Below, in pieces: positions 38,227 to 48,114 of a stretch of DNA of 64,000 bases. Under the pieces are notes generated by a model that was not told the DNA's origin, ran no database searches, and saw only the letters and a list, made by a program, of their open reading frames with translations. How positions within the stretch are numbered: the first letter of the stretch is position 1; each line of letters starts with the position of its first letter. This DNA comes from an uncultured delta proteobacterium. Its GTDB lineage: Bacteria; Desulfobacterota; Binatia; Binatales; Binataceae. The DNA lies in contig CAWCDG010000005.1 in assembly GCA_963794325.1 (NCBI GenBank), positions 289,514 to 353,513 of the forward strand, read 5' to 3'. The position numbers were made by a program, and so were the translations under genes.

Positions 38227-38991
38227 ATGTCAGAGCGGCCAAAGATTTCGCTGATTACGATTACGCGCGACGAAGAAGCGCTGATCGGAGAGTGCATCAA
38301 GAGCGCGTGGTTCTGCGACGAGAAAATAATCATCGACTCGTTCTCGACCGACAAGACCGTCGAGATTGCGCGCGCACTTTGCGCCGACGTGGTCCAGCAT
38401 GAGTTCACCAACTACGTGATGCAGAAGCAGATGGCGCTCGATCGCGCGACCGGCGAATGGGTGCTGCTGATGGATGCGGACGAGCAGGCGACGCATGATC
38501 TCGGCGAGGAAATCCTGCGCGCGGTGTCGTCGCCGTCGGCGGCTGACGGCTACCGGATTCGGCGCATCCTCTATCACCTCGGGCACTACTACTCGCACGC
38601 GATCTATCCCGACACGCCGGTGCGCCTGTTCCGTCGCGACAAAGGCCATATCGGCGGCCGCGATCCGCATGACAAAGTTGTCGTTGACGGACGCGTCGAG
38701 CGGCTCGATAAGCCGATTCTGCATTTCAGCTATCGCGACATCTCGGATCACGTCGCTACGATCAATCGGTTCAGCTCGCGCGCGGCGATGGAGCAGGAGC
38801 CGAACGCGTTCACGCCGTTCAAGATGATCGCGAACCCGGCGTGGCGCTTTTTCAACTTCTATGTAATCCGCGGCGGCTTCCGCGACGGCGGACGCGGATT
38901 GTACGCGGCAATGACGGCGGCGTTCTACGTGTTCCTGAAATACGCGAAGCTCTACGAGCGGCGGCTGAAATCGCGGACCGGGGAAGGGTAG
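38227..38991 (+). CDS. Family 2 glycosyltransferase (LPS core WaaE/KdtX-like)
   Basis: ISLITITRDEEALIGECIKS...IIIDSFSTDKTVEIA...LLMDADE is a typical GT2 fold with the DxD-type motif. Confidence 0.8.
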   Translation: MSERPKISLITITRDEEALIGECIKSAWFCDEKIIIDSFSTDKTVEIARALCADVVQHEFTNYVMQKQMALDRATGEWVLLMDADEQATHDLGEEILRAVSSPSAADGYRIRRILYHLGHYYSHAIYPDTPVRLFRRDKGHIGGRDPHDKVVVDGRVERLDKPILHFSYRDISDHVATINRFSSRAAMEQEPNAFTPFKMIANPAWRFFNFYVIRGGFRDGGRGLYAAMTAAFYVFLKYAKLYERRLKSRTGEG

Positions 38992-38993
38992 AT

Positions 38994-39062
38994 CACTTCA
39001 TTTAAAGTGAAACCCTTCGCGGGTTTCACGCTTCCGCGGCAGGGGTGACCCCTGCACCCAGT
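38994..39062. repeat. Structured two-hairpin intergenic element, family B copy 2
   Basis: gtgaaacccttcgcgggtttcac (perfect 9-bp stem) followed by gcaggggtgacccctgc acccagt. The core is shared with 6874-6945. Confidence 0.75.
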
Positions 39063-39100
39063 AGTATCGCGCCGCAGACCTGATAATTTAGCGACTGCCC

Positions 39101-40927
39101 ATGAGACGACTGTTCTTCTACGTACGCCGGTATTGGACCTGGTACGGACTCGGAATGCTCTGCACGCTGGTCGCGTCGGCCTGCGGGATGACGGTCGCAT
39201 ACCTGAGCGGCGCCGCAATCAGCGCTGTGCAGGCGCATCACGCGCAAACCTTCACTCCGCTGGCGAAGCTCGGGCTGCCGGCGCAGGAGTCGCTCGACCG
39301 AATCGTGTTGATGCTGTGCGGCGCAGCGCTCCTTGGCGGCATCGCGAGATGGCTTTCGCGCATGACTATTTTCAACACGGGTCGCGACATCGAGTACGAT
39401 CTGCGCAACGACCTGTTCGTACACCTGACCCATCTCGGTGCCGATTTTTACGACAAGCATAAAGTCGGCGACCTGATGTCCCGCCTGGTCAACGACCTTA
39501 CCGCGGTGCGGATGATGGTCGGGATGGGCGTGGTGACGTTTGCCGACGCTCCCGCGACCGTGACGTTCGCGCTCATCTTCATGCTGAGCGCCAACGTAAA
39601 GCTGACCATCGTTGTGATCGTGCCTTACGTGTTGCTGATGATTGGAATGAAGCAACTGTCGCGATCTCTGATGGTGCGCAATCTGCGCGTGCAGGAGGGG
39701 CTCGGCGGAATTGAATCCAAGGTCCAGGAAAGCCTGGCCGGGATTCACGTCGTGAAGGCCTATGCGCTCGAAGATCACGAGTCGGCGCTGTTCCGCAAAG
39801 CCAACGACGACTACAACGAACTGGGCCTGGCGCTCGCGCGGCTCCGCGGCGCGATGTTCCCCATAATTCGCGGTACCTCAACTGTCGCGGTGATGGTCCT
39901 GCTGATTTACGGCGGCTCGATGGTCACGCGCGAGAAGCTGCAAGTCGGCGACCTCGTCGCCTTCATGGGCTATCTGTCGAGGATGGCATGGCCAGTCACC
40001 TCGATGGGCTACATGATTTCGGTGTATCAACGCGCGAAGGCTGCGATGAAACGTCTCAACGAAATTTTCGCAGCGCCGCCGCAGGCCGGCGAGCTCGAAG
40101 ACAGCGGCGTCCGGCTCGACGTGAAGGGCGCGATCGAATGGGACCACGTGTCGTTCAGCTATTTCTTGCGCGACGGCGTGGCGGGCGCGGTCGCGGAATC
40201 GAACGGGAGCCAGGGCAACGGTCATTACCGCTACGCATTGAAGGACGTGACGGTGCGCGTGCCGGCCGGCGGCAAACTTGCGATCGTCGGGCGCACCGGT
40301 TCGGGAAAATCCACGATGGTGAAGCTGCTGACTCGCCTGATCGAGCCGACCGACGGGCGGGTACTGCTCGACGGCAAGGATATTCGCGACCTGCCGCTGC
40401 ACTCGCTGCGCAAGACGCTGGGTGTGGTGCCGCAGGAGCCGATCCTGTTTTCCGACACGCTCGCGCGCAACATCGCGTTTGGACGGCCGGACGCCACTCT
40501 GGCTGAAATCGAAAACGCCGCAGGCGTCGCCGGTCTCGAATCAGACATCGCGGTGTTGCCGCATGGTCTGGACACAATCGTCGGCGAACGCGGAATGTCG
40601 CTGTCGGGCGGGCAGAAGCAGCGCGCAACGATCGCGCGCCTGCTGACATATCGGCCCGGAGTCGTGGTGCTGGACGACGCGCTGTCGAGCGTCGATACGG
40701 AAACTGAAAAATCGATCCTCGACGGCCTGGAAGCGTCGGTCAGCGGCCGCACCGCGATAGTGGTGTCGCATCGCGCGTCCACGGTGCGCGACGCCGATGA
40801 GATCGTGGTGCTCGAAGACGGTCAGATCGCCGAGCGCGGAACGCACGAGCAACTGATGGCGCGGCACGGAATTTACGCCGAACTGTTCCATCGCCAACTG
40901 ATGGAAGAGGAGCTGGCCCGGTACTAG
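39101..40927 (+). CDS. ABC exporter, fused permease/ATPase (MsbA-like), subunit 1
   Basis: Six-TM domain followed by an NBD with Walker A GRTGSGKST, signature LSGGQKQR and Walker B VVVLDDALS. Confidence 0.92.
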   Translation: MRRLFFYVRRYWTWYGLGMLCTLVASACGMTVAYLSGAAISAVQAHHAQTFTPLAKLGLPAQESLDRIVLMLCGAALLGGIARWLSRMTIFNTGRDIEYDLRNDLFVHLTHLGADFYDKHKVGDLMSRLVNDLTAVRMMVGMGVVTFADAPATVTFALIFMLSANVKLTIVVIVPYVLLMIGMKQLSRSLMVRNLRVQEGLGGIESKVQESLAGIHVVKAYALEDHESALFRKANDDYNELGLALARLRGAMFPIIRGTSTVAVMVLLIYGGSMVTREKLQVGDLVAFMGYLSRMAWPVTSMGYMISVYQRAKAAMKRLNEIFAAPPQAGELEDSGVRLDVKGAIEWDHVSFSYFLRDGVAGAVAESNGSQGNGHYRYALKDVTVRVPAGGKLAIVGRTGSGKSTMVKLLTRLIEPTDGRVLLDGKDIRDLPLHSLRKTLGVVPQEPILFSDTLARNIAFGRPDATLAEIENAAGVAGLESDIAVLPHGLDTIVGERGMSLSGGQKQRATIARLLTYRPGVVVLDDALSSVDTETEKSILDGLEASVSGRTAIVVSHRASTVRDADEIVVLEDGQIAERGTHEQLMARHGIYAELFHRQLMEEELARY

Positions 40928-40930
40928 GCG

Positions 40931-42766
40931 ATGCAGCAGGGCGAGGAAAAACAGCTCGGAGGCGCGCGCGATTACGCGCTGCTGAAGTTCGTGTGGACGT
41001 ATGTGCGTCCGTACCGGCGGCTGTTCTTTCTGTCGGTGATCCTGATGCCGCTCAACTCGGCCTTCGCGCTCGCGCAACCCTACATCATCCAGCTCATCAT
41101 CGATCTCTTCCTGGCGCATCATAAGACCGCGCCGCCGGCGTGGCTGGCTGCGATCTTCCGGCATACCGGCGGTGCGAGCCTGACGACGATGGCCCCGATT
41201 TACATTCTGCTGGTCGCGGGAGAGTTCGCGACATTTTACGCGCAGTTCTATCTGACGATCATGGTCGCACAGTATTCGCTGTCGGATTTGCGGCTTGCCG
41301 TTTTCAACCACGTCGAGCGGCTGCCGATGTCGTTTTTCGATCGCACGCCGGTGGGCAGACTGGTCAGCCGCATGACCACCGACATCGACGCGATTAACGA
41401 CATGTTCGCGTCGGGAGCGCTGACGGTGTTCGTCGATGTGATGACGATGACGGGAATCGTGGTCATCATGTGGGCCAAGAGTCCGCATCTGGCGCTGTGG
41501 GCGCTGATCGCGATTCCGCCGCTGCTGCTGTTCATCAACCTTTTCCGCGTGCGCGCGCGGGTCGTTTACCGGCAGATTCGCGAGCGGCTGGCGGCGGTCA
41601 ATGCCTACCTTTCGGAGTCGCTGGCGGGGATGACGGTGGTCCAGCTCTTCACGCGCGAGCGCACCAGTCGTGACGAGTTCGACGTTTTGAACTCGCGCAG
41701 CCGCGATGCGCAGATGATGGCGAACATTTACGAGACCGGGCTGTTTGCCGGCGTCGATACTGTGGCATCAATCACGATCGGAGTAATTCTGTGGGCGGGC
41801 GGCGGCGAAGCGCTCCATCGCGTGATCACGATCGGCACGCTGGTCGGTTTCATGCAGTACGCGCAGATGTTCTTCATGCCGCTGCGGGAAATTTCGAACA
41901 AGTACACCGCGATGCAATCCGCGCTCGCGTCGGCGGAGCGAATCGAGCAATTGATGGAAGAACCGTTCATCGTGTCGAGTCCCGCGGTGCCGAAATTGCC
42001 GACGGTCTCGCGCGGGTCGATCGTGTTCGATCGGGTCAACTTCGAATACCGTAAGGACGAACCGATACTGAAAGACCTGAGTTTCACGGTCGAGCCGGGA
42101 CAGAAAATTGCGATCGTCGGACCCACCGGTTCCGGAAAAACAACCATCATCAAGTTGCTGAACCGCTTCTACGACGTGCGGAGCGGGCGAATCCTGGTCG
42201 ATGGAATCGACGTGCGCGAATGGGACCTGCGCGCGCTGCGGCGCACGATCGGGCTCGTGCAGCAGGACGTCTTCCTGTTCGCCGGCGACGTGATCGAGAA
42301 CATCAGGCTCGGGCTCGATCTCAGCGAATCGGAAGTGCGCGATGCGCTGCGGCGGGCGCAGGCTTTGCGCTTCGTCGAGCGCCTTCCCGACGGGCTCAAC
42401 GAGCAGATTCGCGAACGCGGGGCGAACCTGTCGGCGGGTCAGCGGCAGTTGCTATCGTTCGCGCGCGCGCTCGCATACAACCCGCGAATTCTTGTGATGG
42501 ACGAAGCGACCTCGAGCGTCGACAGCGAGACCGAGCGCCTGATTCAGCTTGCACTCAACGAATTGCTTGCGGAGCGCACTGCCGTCGTAATCGCGCATCG
42601 ACTATCGACGATCGAGCGGGCCGATCGGATCATGGTGCTTGGCGGAGGGATGCTGCGCGAGAGCGGTACGCATGACGAATTGCTCGCGCAGCGCGGACTT
42701 TACTACCGGCTATTCGAGTTGCAATACGCGGCGATGGCAAACAGCGACCGCCTCGTAGCGGGCTGA
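40931..42766 (+). CDS. ABC exporter, fused permease/ATPase (MsbA-like), subunit 2
   Basis: Walker A GPTGSGKTT, signature LSAGQRQL and Walker B ILVMDEATS. It starts 3 nt after subunit 1, suggesting a heterodimeric pair. Confidence 0.92.
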   Translation: MQQGEEKQLGGARDYALLKFVWTYVRPYRRLFFLSVILMPLNSAFALAQPYIIQLIIDLFLAHHKTAPPAWLAAIFRHTGGASLTTMAPIYILLVAGEFATFYAQFYLTIMVAQYSLSDLRLAVFNHVERLPMSFFDRTPVGRLVSRMTTDIDAINDMFASGALTVFVDVMTMTGIVVIMWAKSPHLALWALIAIPPLLLFINLFRVRARVVYRQIRERLAAVNAYLSESLAGMTVVQLFTRERTSRDEFDVLNSRSRDAQMMANIYETGLFAGVDTVASITIGVILWAGGGEALHRVITIGTLVGFMQYAQMFFMPLREISNKYTAMQSALASAERIEQLMEEPFIVSSPAVPKLPTVSRGSIVFDRVNFEYRKDEPILKDLSFTVEPGQKIAIVGPTGSGKTTIIKLLNRFYDVRSGRILVDGIDVREWDLRALRRTIGLVQQDVFLFAGDVIENIRLGLDLSESEVRDALRRAQALRFVERLPDGLNEQIRERGANLSAGQRQLLSFARALAYNPRILVMDEATSSVDSETERLIQLALNELLAERTAVVIAHRLSTIERADRIMVLGGGMLRESGTHDELLAQRGLYYRLFELQYAAMANSDRLVAG

Positions 42767-42791
42767 CGCCGGTTCGTCGAAAGTATCAGTC

Positions 42792-43892
42792 ATGATCATG
42801 CGGCCAGCGCGCGCGCAATCCCGGACGGCATATCCGATCCGTATCATCGCGCTAATCCTTGCGCCGATTCTGCTGAGCGGATGCTACATCGCGCGCGCCG
42901 CATACGAGGAAGGCCGAATTCTGTGGAACCGCAAGCCAATCGACGACGTGCTGGCGCGCAAAGATCTTCCGGCCGACACTCGCGAGAAGCTCGAGACGGT
43001 GCTCGCGGTGCGCAAGTTCGCCGCCGATCAACTCGGTGAAAATGTCGGTGGTGCGTATGAGACAATCGCGCAGGTGAATCAAAGCGCGGTGGTGCATGTC
43101 GTGATGGCGGCGCCGCGCGACTCGCTCGTGCCGTACACCTGGTGGTTCCCGATTGTCGGCAATGTGCCGTACCGCGGATATTTCGAACAGAAGGACGCGC
43201 TGGCCGAGGCCGCCGCGCTCGAGGAGGAGGGACTCGACACGATGGTGCGCCCCTCGATCGCGTTCTCGAGCCTCGGATTTTTCAGCGACCCGCTGCTGAC
43301 GAATCTGCTGAAGCTGGACCGCGTCGAGTTGGCCGGCGTGATGATTCACGAACTGTTCCATCGCACCTATTACATGGCCAGCGACGCGATGTTCGACGAG
43401 TCAGCAGCCAACTACGTCGGCACCGCGGGCGCGGTCGCATTTTTCGCGGCCACCGACGGCGAGTCCGCGCCCACGACGAAAGCGGCGCGAGAGATCCTTG
43501 ACAGCGACATGAAATTCGCGCGCTTCATGCTCCAGGAGCAGGCGCGCCTGCTCGACATCTATATGGCTAACCTGCCGAGTAAGGAGCTCGACCAGCGGCG
43601 CGAAGCGGCTTTCGCGGCAATCAAGGCGGACTATGCCGCGTTGGAGCCTTCGCTATCGGGACTCGAGCGCTTCGACCTCGACAAGCAGCCGCTGAACAAC
43701 GCGGTGATGGTGAATTATCTGATCTACTTCCATCAGCTCGACAACTTTGCGGCGCTCAATCGGATGAATCACGGTGACTTGCGCGCAACGATCGCGCAGA
43801 TCATTTCGATTGCGAAAGCGCATCCCGACGATCCCTTCTACGCAATCTCGCAGGTGGTTCGCGATGCTCCCGCTGCTCCTGCGGGCAGCTAG
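42792..43892 (+). CDS. Predicted zinc aminopeptidase-like lipoprotein
   Basis: Lipobox LLSGC and an HExxH-type motif (MIHELFHRT). The overall layout resembles the predicted-aminopeptidase (COG4324-like) family. Confidence 0.55.
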   Translation: MIMRPARAQSRTAYPIRIIALILAPILLSGCYIARAAYEEGRILWNRKPIDDVLARKDLPADTREKLETVLAVRKFAADQLGENVGGAYETIAQVNQSAVVHVVMAAPRDSLVPYTWWFPIVGNVPYRGYFEQKDALAEAAALEEEGLDTMVRPSIAFSSLGFFSDPLLTNLLKLDRVELAGVMIHELFHRTYYMASDAMFDESAANYVGTAGAVAFFAATDGESAPTTKAAREILDSDMKFARFMLQEQARLLDIYMANLPSKELDQRREAAFAAIKADYAALEPSLSGLERFDLDKQPLNNAVMVNYLIYFHQLDNFAALNRMNHGDLRATIAQIISIAKAHPDDPFYAISQVVRDAPAAPAGS

Positions 43893-44512
43893 CCTCTCAG
43901 CGCGTCAGCGATTACACGTGACAGTTCCGCTTCGCGACCGCCGAAGAAGTGATCGGTGCCGGCGACAATCTCGAGTCGCGCCGAGCCGCCAATTTTCGAT
44001 GTGAGCGCTTGCAGACCCGCGACCGGCGAGTACGAATCGCGATCACCTGAGACCAGCAGCACCGGCTTCGATGCGCCATCCGGAATGCGCGCATCGGCCA
44101 TCGCAAGCGGCAACGCGACCGCGACAATTCGCGAGATCTCGACGCGTTCGTATCCAGCGCTCACCGCGACCATCGCGCCGAACGAATATCCGGTCATCGC
44201 GGCATTCTCTTTGCGCACGCCTCGCTGCGCCAATAGAAATGTCATCGCAGCGACCGCATCCTCGACTTCGCCGGGGCCGCCATCATGCTCACCCTCGCTG
44301 CCCCCGACGCCACGAAAGTTGAAGCGCAACGTCGCGTATCCCGATTGCCACATCGCCTCGAGGATCGCCTCGACAACGTTGTTGTGCATCGAGCCGCCGT
44401 ACATCGGATGCGGGTGGCAGACCACAGCCGCGGGAGCGCCGCCTCCCGGATTGGCGAGCAATCCTTCCAGCATCAAATCACCGGACCGAAATGAGACCTG
44501 AATTTCGTTCAT
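43889..44512 (-). CDS. Alpha/beta hydrolase (COG2945-like)
   Basis: VVCHPHPMYGGSMHNNV...RFNFRGVGGSEG...GYSFGA is typical of this small hydrolase family. Its stop codon shares the CTAG with the convergent upstream gene. Confidence 0.8.
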   Translation of the reverse strand: MNEIQVSFRSGDLMLEGLLANPGGGAPAAVVCHPHPMYGGSMHNNVVEAILEAMWQSGYATLRFNFRGVGGSEGEHDGGPGEVEDAVAAMTFLLAQRGVRKENAAMTGYSFGAMVAVSAGYERVEISRIVAVALPLAMADARIPDGASKPVLLVSGDRDSYSPVAGLQALTSKIGGSARLEIVAGTDHFFGGREAELSRVIADALRG

Positions 44513-44581
44513 CGCGGGGGCTTCCTATAAAACTTAAACCGTCGCTTTATGTTTTTCGTAACCGCAGTTTGCGCCGGTCGG

Positions 44582-44590
44582 TGATATAAT
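44582..44590 (+). promoter_or_regulatory. Candidate extended -10 promoter element (TGATATAAT)
   Basis: Exact TGnTATAAT match 13 nt upstream of the ATG at 44604. This implies a very short or absent leader. No good -35 was seen. Confidence 0.35.
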
Positions 44591-44603
44591 ACAGCCGATA
44601 GCG

Positions 44604-45059
44604 ATGGATGAAACTCCCCGCATCGCCGTTGACCGGATGCTGATGCGATTGGCGCGGTGGCTGAGGCTGCTCGGCGCCGACGTTATCACCGACGCGTCGC
44701 TTACCGGCGCCGAGCTTCTCAAGCTTGCTCGCGCAGACAACAGAATCCTGGTGACGCGCGACAAGCGCCTTCGAACCGCCGCTGACGTCTGTTTCGTCGT
44801 GAGTAATTCCATCAGGGGTCAACTGCGCGAGGCCCTCCGCCGCTTCAATCTCGACCCGCACGTGATTGCGCTCACGCGATGCTCGCGATGCAACACTTCG
44901 CTCGCCGCGGTCGCGCGAGAACTGGTATCGCTGCGAGTTCCGCCTTACGTTTTCGCCAGTCATGATCGATTTGCCGAATGCCTCACGTGCGGCCGCATTT
45001 ACTGGCCTGAAACGCACCCAGCGCGAATGCATGCGATGCTGGATTCGATCGCGTTCTGA
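44604..45059 (+). CDS. Mut7-C (DUF82) PIN-like RNase domain protein with a C-terminal zinc ribbon
   Basis: N-terminus IAVDRMLMRLARWLRLLGADV plus RCSRCN...C..CGRIYW, the characteristic Mut7-C layout. Confidence 0.7.
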   Translation: MDETPRIAVDRMLMRLARWLRLLGADVITDASLTGAELLKLARADNRILVTRDKRLRTAADVCFVVSNSIRGQLREALRRFNLDPHVIALTRCSRCNTSLAAVARELVSLRVPPYVFASHDRFAECLTCGRIYWPETHPARMHAMLDSIAF

Positions 45060-45178
45060 TAGCCGGATGAACCGCGTCCGGGCTGGCTTTTTGTATGCAT
45101 TGCGTCAGGTAGTCTTCCGCGACTATAAGATTTATGGGGATCTTGGATTCGAGGAACTGATTAACCGGCGGGGAAAAA

Positions 45179-46453
45179 ATGTTTAATTTCAGGGCGTTGC
45201 CATCTGCGCTCGCAATCTTGCTCCTCACTCCGCTGAGCGCGCACGCGGTCTCGCTAAGCCTCAACGGAAACAGCGCCGACCTGCAGATGGACAATACGCA
45301 GGCAGTCTATGCCAGCGACAGCAATGGCGTGCCGGTGCTGATCACCGGAATCGGAATGAAGGCGCCCGGGGGCGGCGTCGTGACCGAAGTCGGCGTGCCA
45401 TCGATGATGCCCGACGGACGCGTGATTTTCGGCGCGGAGTCGCAGCCTAAAGACACCAACATCAAACCCCGATGGAATATTTTCATCGGCAATGCCGACG
45501 CGGTCCCCAGCCATCGCATGATCACTGCGCTCAATCCGAAGGCGCTCGAGGGCGATTGCACGCCGGCCTTCAAGGGCGACCCGTACCCGATCGCGGATAT
45601 GGATGAAAATATCGCGTTCATATCGGCGGTGCCGCACGGCCGCGATACGCTCTTCTTCTACTCGCACGGAAAGCTCGCCTGCATGGCGAAGGCGGGCCAG
45701 AAAACCAATGAAGGGCACGAGATCGCGGTGCTCAGTTTTGGCAGCGCCCAAATGGGTGACGACGGCCAGGTCGTGTTCACCGGGTTCCTGGGAGATAGCC
45801 TAAAGCCGAGCGGACATCATCAGGCGCTCCTGTTCGCATCGCTTGGCCGCGGCGTCTCGGAGCTGGCGGTCGAAGGCGAATACGGACCGAATCATACGCT
45901 CTACCAGCGCCCGTTCGGATTGCCGGCTGCCCTTCCCAGTCAGCTTGGAACGATGGTCGCGTTCACCGCCAAGACTCCCACCGGCGCGGCGCTCTTTCTG
46001 TACAACGGGGGCTCGATGGCAAGGATACTGCCGACGGGCACGCTCACGAGCGTCGGCCCCGTGACTTATCTGTCAGCGGGACGGCCGGGGCTGATGGCAG
46101 ACGGAACCACTGCGGTACTCGCGGGATGCGCGCGCATTCCTGCGATTTTCCGGCTGTCGCGCCAACGGCTTGACCTGCGGATCGAGCGCGGACAGCTGAC
46201 TCCGTTCGGCACTGAGCTCGAGTCGCTCGGTGATCCGGTGCTGACGGCATCAGGCGCGATGTTTGTCGGGGCCACCGATTCCGACGACCGAGAAAAACTC
46301 TTCGTGCTTTCGCCAGACGACGCGTTCTCTGAGGTCGGCGAAACAGAGTTCATCTATCGAATCGCGATGGGCGCGCAGAAGCATCACTCGATCTTCACCG
46401 GCACCCTCACGGTAAATCAGCACGGCGACTTCGCATACCTGGGCGGCCGCTAA
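45179..46453 (+). CDS. Secreted repeat protein, probable beta-propeller
   Basis: Signal peptide ending SAHA. Seven spaced D/NxxGxxxF-like motifs are present (PDGRVIFGA, DENIAFISA, DDGQVVFTG, LGTMVAFTA, ADGTTAVLA, ASGAMFVGA, QHGDFAYLG). Confidence 0.5.
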   Translation: MFNFRALPSALAILLLTPLSAHAVSLSLNGNSADLQMDNTQAVYASDSNGVPVLITGIGMKAPGGGVVTEVGVPSMMPDGRVIFGAESQPKDTNIKPRWNIFIGNADAVPSHRMITALNPKALEGDCTPAFKGDPYPIADMDENIAFISAVPHGRDTLFFYSHGKLACMAKAGQKTNEGHEIAVLSFGSAQMGDDGQVVFTGFLGDSLKPSGHHQALLFASLGRGVSELAVEGEYGPNHTLYQRPFGLPAALPSQLGTMVAFTAKTPTGAALFLYNGGSMARILPTGTLTSVGPVTYLSAGRPGLMADGTTAVLAGCARIPAIFRLSRQRLDLRIERGQLTPFGTELESLGDPVLTASGAMFVGATDSDDREKLFVLSPDDAFSEVGETEFIYRIAMGAQKHHSIFTGTLTVNQHGDFAYLGGR

Positions 46454-46469
46454 CTGCCGCTCTAGAAAT

Positions 46470-46510
46470 CCGGTCCCCCTTCCCGCTCGGGAAGGGGTTA
46501 GGGGTTAGGT
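46470..46510. repeat. REP-like palindromic unit, family A
   Basis: ccggtcccccttcccgctcgggaaggggttaggggttaggt has the same core as 3368-3408. Confidence 0.85.
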
Positions 46511-46578
46511 CGCCAGTCATCCGCAGTAACTCCAGATATCACGAACGCCTTTTCTGCGTCCCCGCTTCCTGCCATTTT

Positions 46579-47247
46579 ATGCAGATGGCAGAACATCAGA
46601 AATTTATTACCCTTACTCCGAAACTATACGACTACCTGATCGCGCACGGGCACAACGGCGATCCGCTCCGCGCCGAGCTGGCCGCTGAGACCGCAAAGCT
46701 CGGGATGATCAGCGGGATGCAGATTGCCGCCGAGCAAGGTACCTTCATGGCAATCCTGGCCGGCGCGATCGGCGCGCGATCCGCGATCGAAGTCGGGACG
46801 TTCACCGGCTACAGCGCGCTATGCGTCGCGCGCGCATTGCCCGCCGACGGCAAGCTTCTGTGCTGCGACATCAACGAACAATGGACCAGCGTCGGGAAGC
46901 CATACTGGGAGCGCGCCGGCATCGCAAACAAGATCACGCTCAAGCTCGCCCCTGCCGCGGAGACGCTGAAAGCGCTGCCCGCGTCGCACACCTTCGATTT
47001 CGCATTCATCGATGCGGACAAAACCAGCTACGCGATTTACTACGAGGAAATCCTGAAACGGCTGCGTCCAAACGGCCTCATCATAGTCGACAATGTGCTG
47101 TGGAACGGCGCGATCATCGACGAGACGAAGCAGGACGCCGACACGCAGGCGCTGCGCAAGCTCAACGATTTCATCGCGAAAGACACGCGGGTCGAAGCCG
47201 TGATGGTCGGTATCGCAGATGGCCTGACAATCGTGCGCAAGAAGTAG
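46579..47247 (+). CDS. Class I SAM-dependent O-methyltransferase (caffeoyl-CoA OMT-like)
   Basis: EVGTFTGYSALCVA (SAM motif I), FDFAFIDADK and IIVDNVLWNG. Confidence 0.88.
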   Translation: MQMAEHQKFITLTPKLYDYLIAHGHNGDPLRAELAAETAKLGMISGMQIAAEQGTFMAILAGAIGARSAIEVGTFTGYSALCVARALPADGKLLCCDINEQWTSVGKPYWERAGIANKITLKLAPAAETLKALPASHTFDFAFIDADKTSYAIYYEEILKRLRPNGLIIVDNVLWNGAIIDETKQDADTQALRKLNDFIAKDTRVEAVMVGIADGLTIVRKK

Positions 47248-47260
47248 CTGCGCGGCCGGC

Positions 47261-47773
47261 GTGAACGAACTCCGCACTGTTCGCCTGATCGGCACGCCGG
47301 CCGGCCCGGGCGACTTCGCGGACATCCGCAGTCTGCATGGTGATCCGCGCGTGATGGCGACGCTGTCCGCTGATGGCAGAACTTTTACGGAAGATCAGAG
47401 CCGCGCGTTTCTGGAACGCGCCTCCGATCACTGGAAGTCCCACGGCTTCGGACTGTGGATCCTTCGCGAGCAGGCCAGCGGCGAGTTCGTCGGTTACGGT
47501 GGAATCAAACACGCGATGGTCGAAGGCCAAGACGAGATCGAACTGGCGTATGCGATCAGATTCGAGCACTGGGGCAAAGGACTCGCGACCGAGATTTCAA
47601 TCGCAGCGCTGAAGCTGGGGTTCGATACGATGCACCTGGATCGAATCGTCGCCTTCACCCTCCCCCACAATAAAGCGTCGCGTGGCGTGATGGAGCATTG
47701 TGGATTCACCTACCTGCGCGACATCGTGCACGCCGGCCTCCCGCACGTCCTCTATATTCTGGAAGCTCGATGA
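47261..47773 (+). CDS. GNAT family N-acetyltransferase (RimJ/RimL-like)
   Basis: WGKGLATE motif and the HNKASRGVMEHCGF region typical of RimJ-like GNATs. Confidence 0.82.
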   Translation: MNELRTVRLIGTPAGPGDFADIRSLHGDPRVMATLSADGRTFTEDQSRAFLERASDHWKSHGFGLWILREQASGEFVGYGGIKHAMVEGQDEIELAYAIRFEHWGKGLATEISIAALKLGFDTMHLDRIVAFTLPHNKASRGVMEHCGFTYLRDIVHAGLPHVLYILEAR

Positions 47774-47841
47774 AAACCTGCGTCGGCGGATTGTCCGGCT
47801 AGTGAAGGGCGTGTACACTGTGCATACAATCGAGGTAGCGG

Positions 47842-48114
47842 TTGGAATACGAATGGGATCCCAAAAAAGCCGACCGGAACCTACACAAGCACGGTGTTGA
47901 GTTCGTCGACGCTGTAGTCGTGCTCGACGATGACCGCGCGATTACGCTGCCCAACGATCATCCGAGCGAGGAGCGGTATTTGACCTTCGGCATGGATGCA
48001 CAAGGACGGGTGCTGGCGCTCTCGTACGCAATTAAAGCAAGCACCATTCGCATTATCTCTGCGCGCGTAGCGACCCCGGGTGAGCGGGCGCAATACGAGG
48101 ACAAACGAATATGA
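47842..48114 (+). CDS. brnT: BrnT family type II toxin (DUF497)
   Basis: EYEWDPKKADRNLHKHGVEFVDAV...RIISARVATPGER is a typical BrnT sequence. TTG start with GAGGT upstream. Confidence 0.85.
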   Translation: MEYEWDPKKADRNLHKHGVEFVDAVVVLDDDRAITLPNDHPSEERYLTFGMDAQGRVLALSYAIKASTIRIISARVATPGERAQYEDKRI

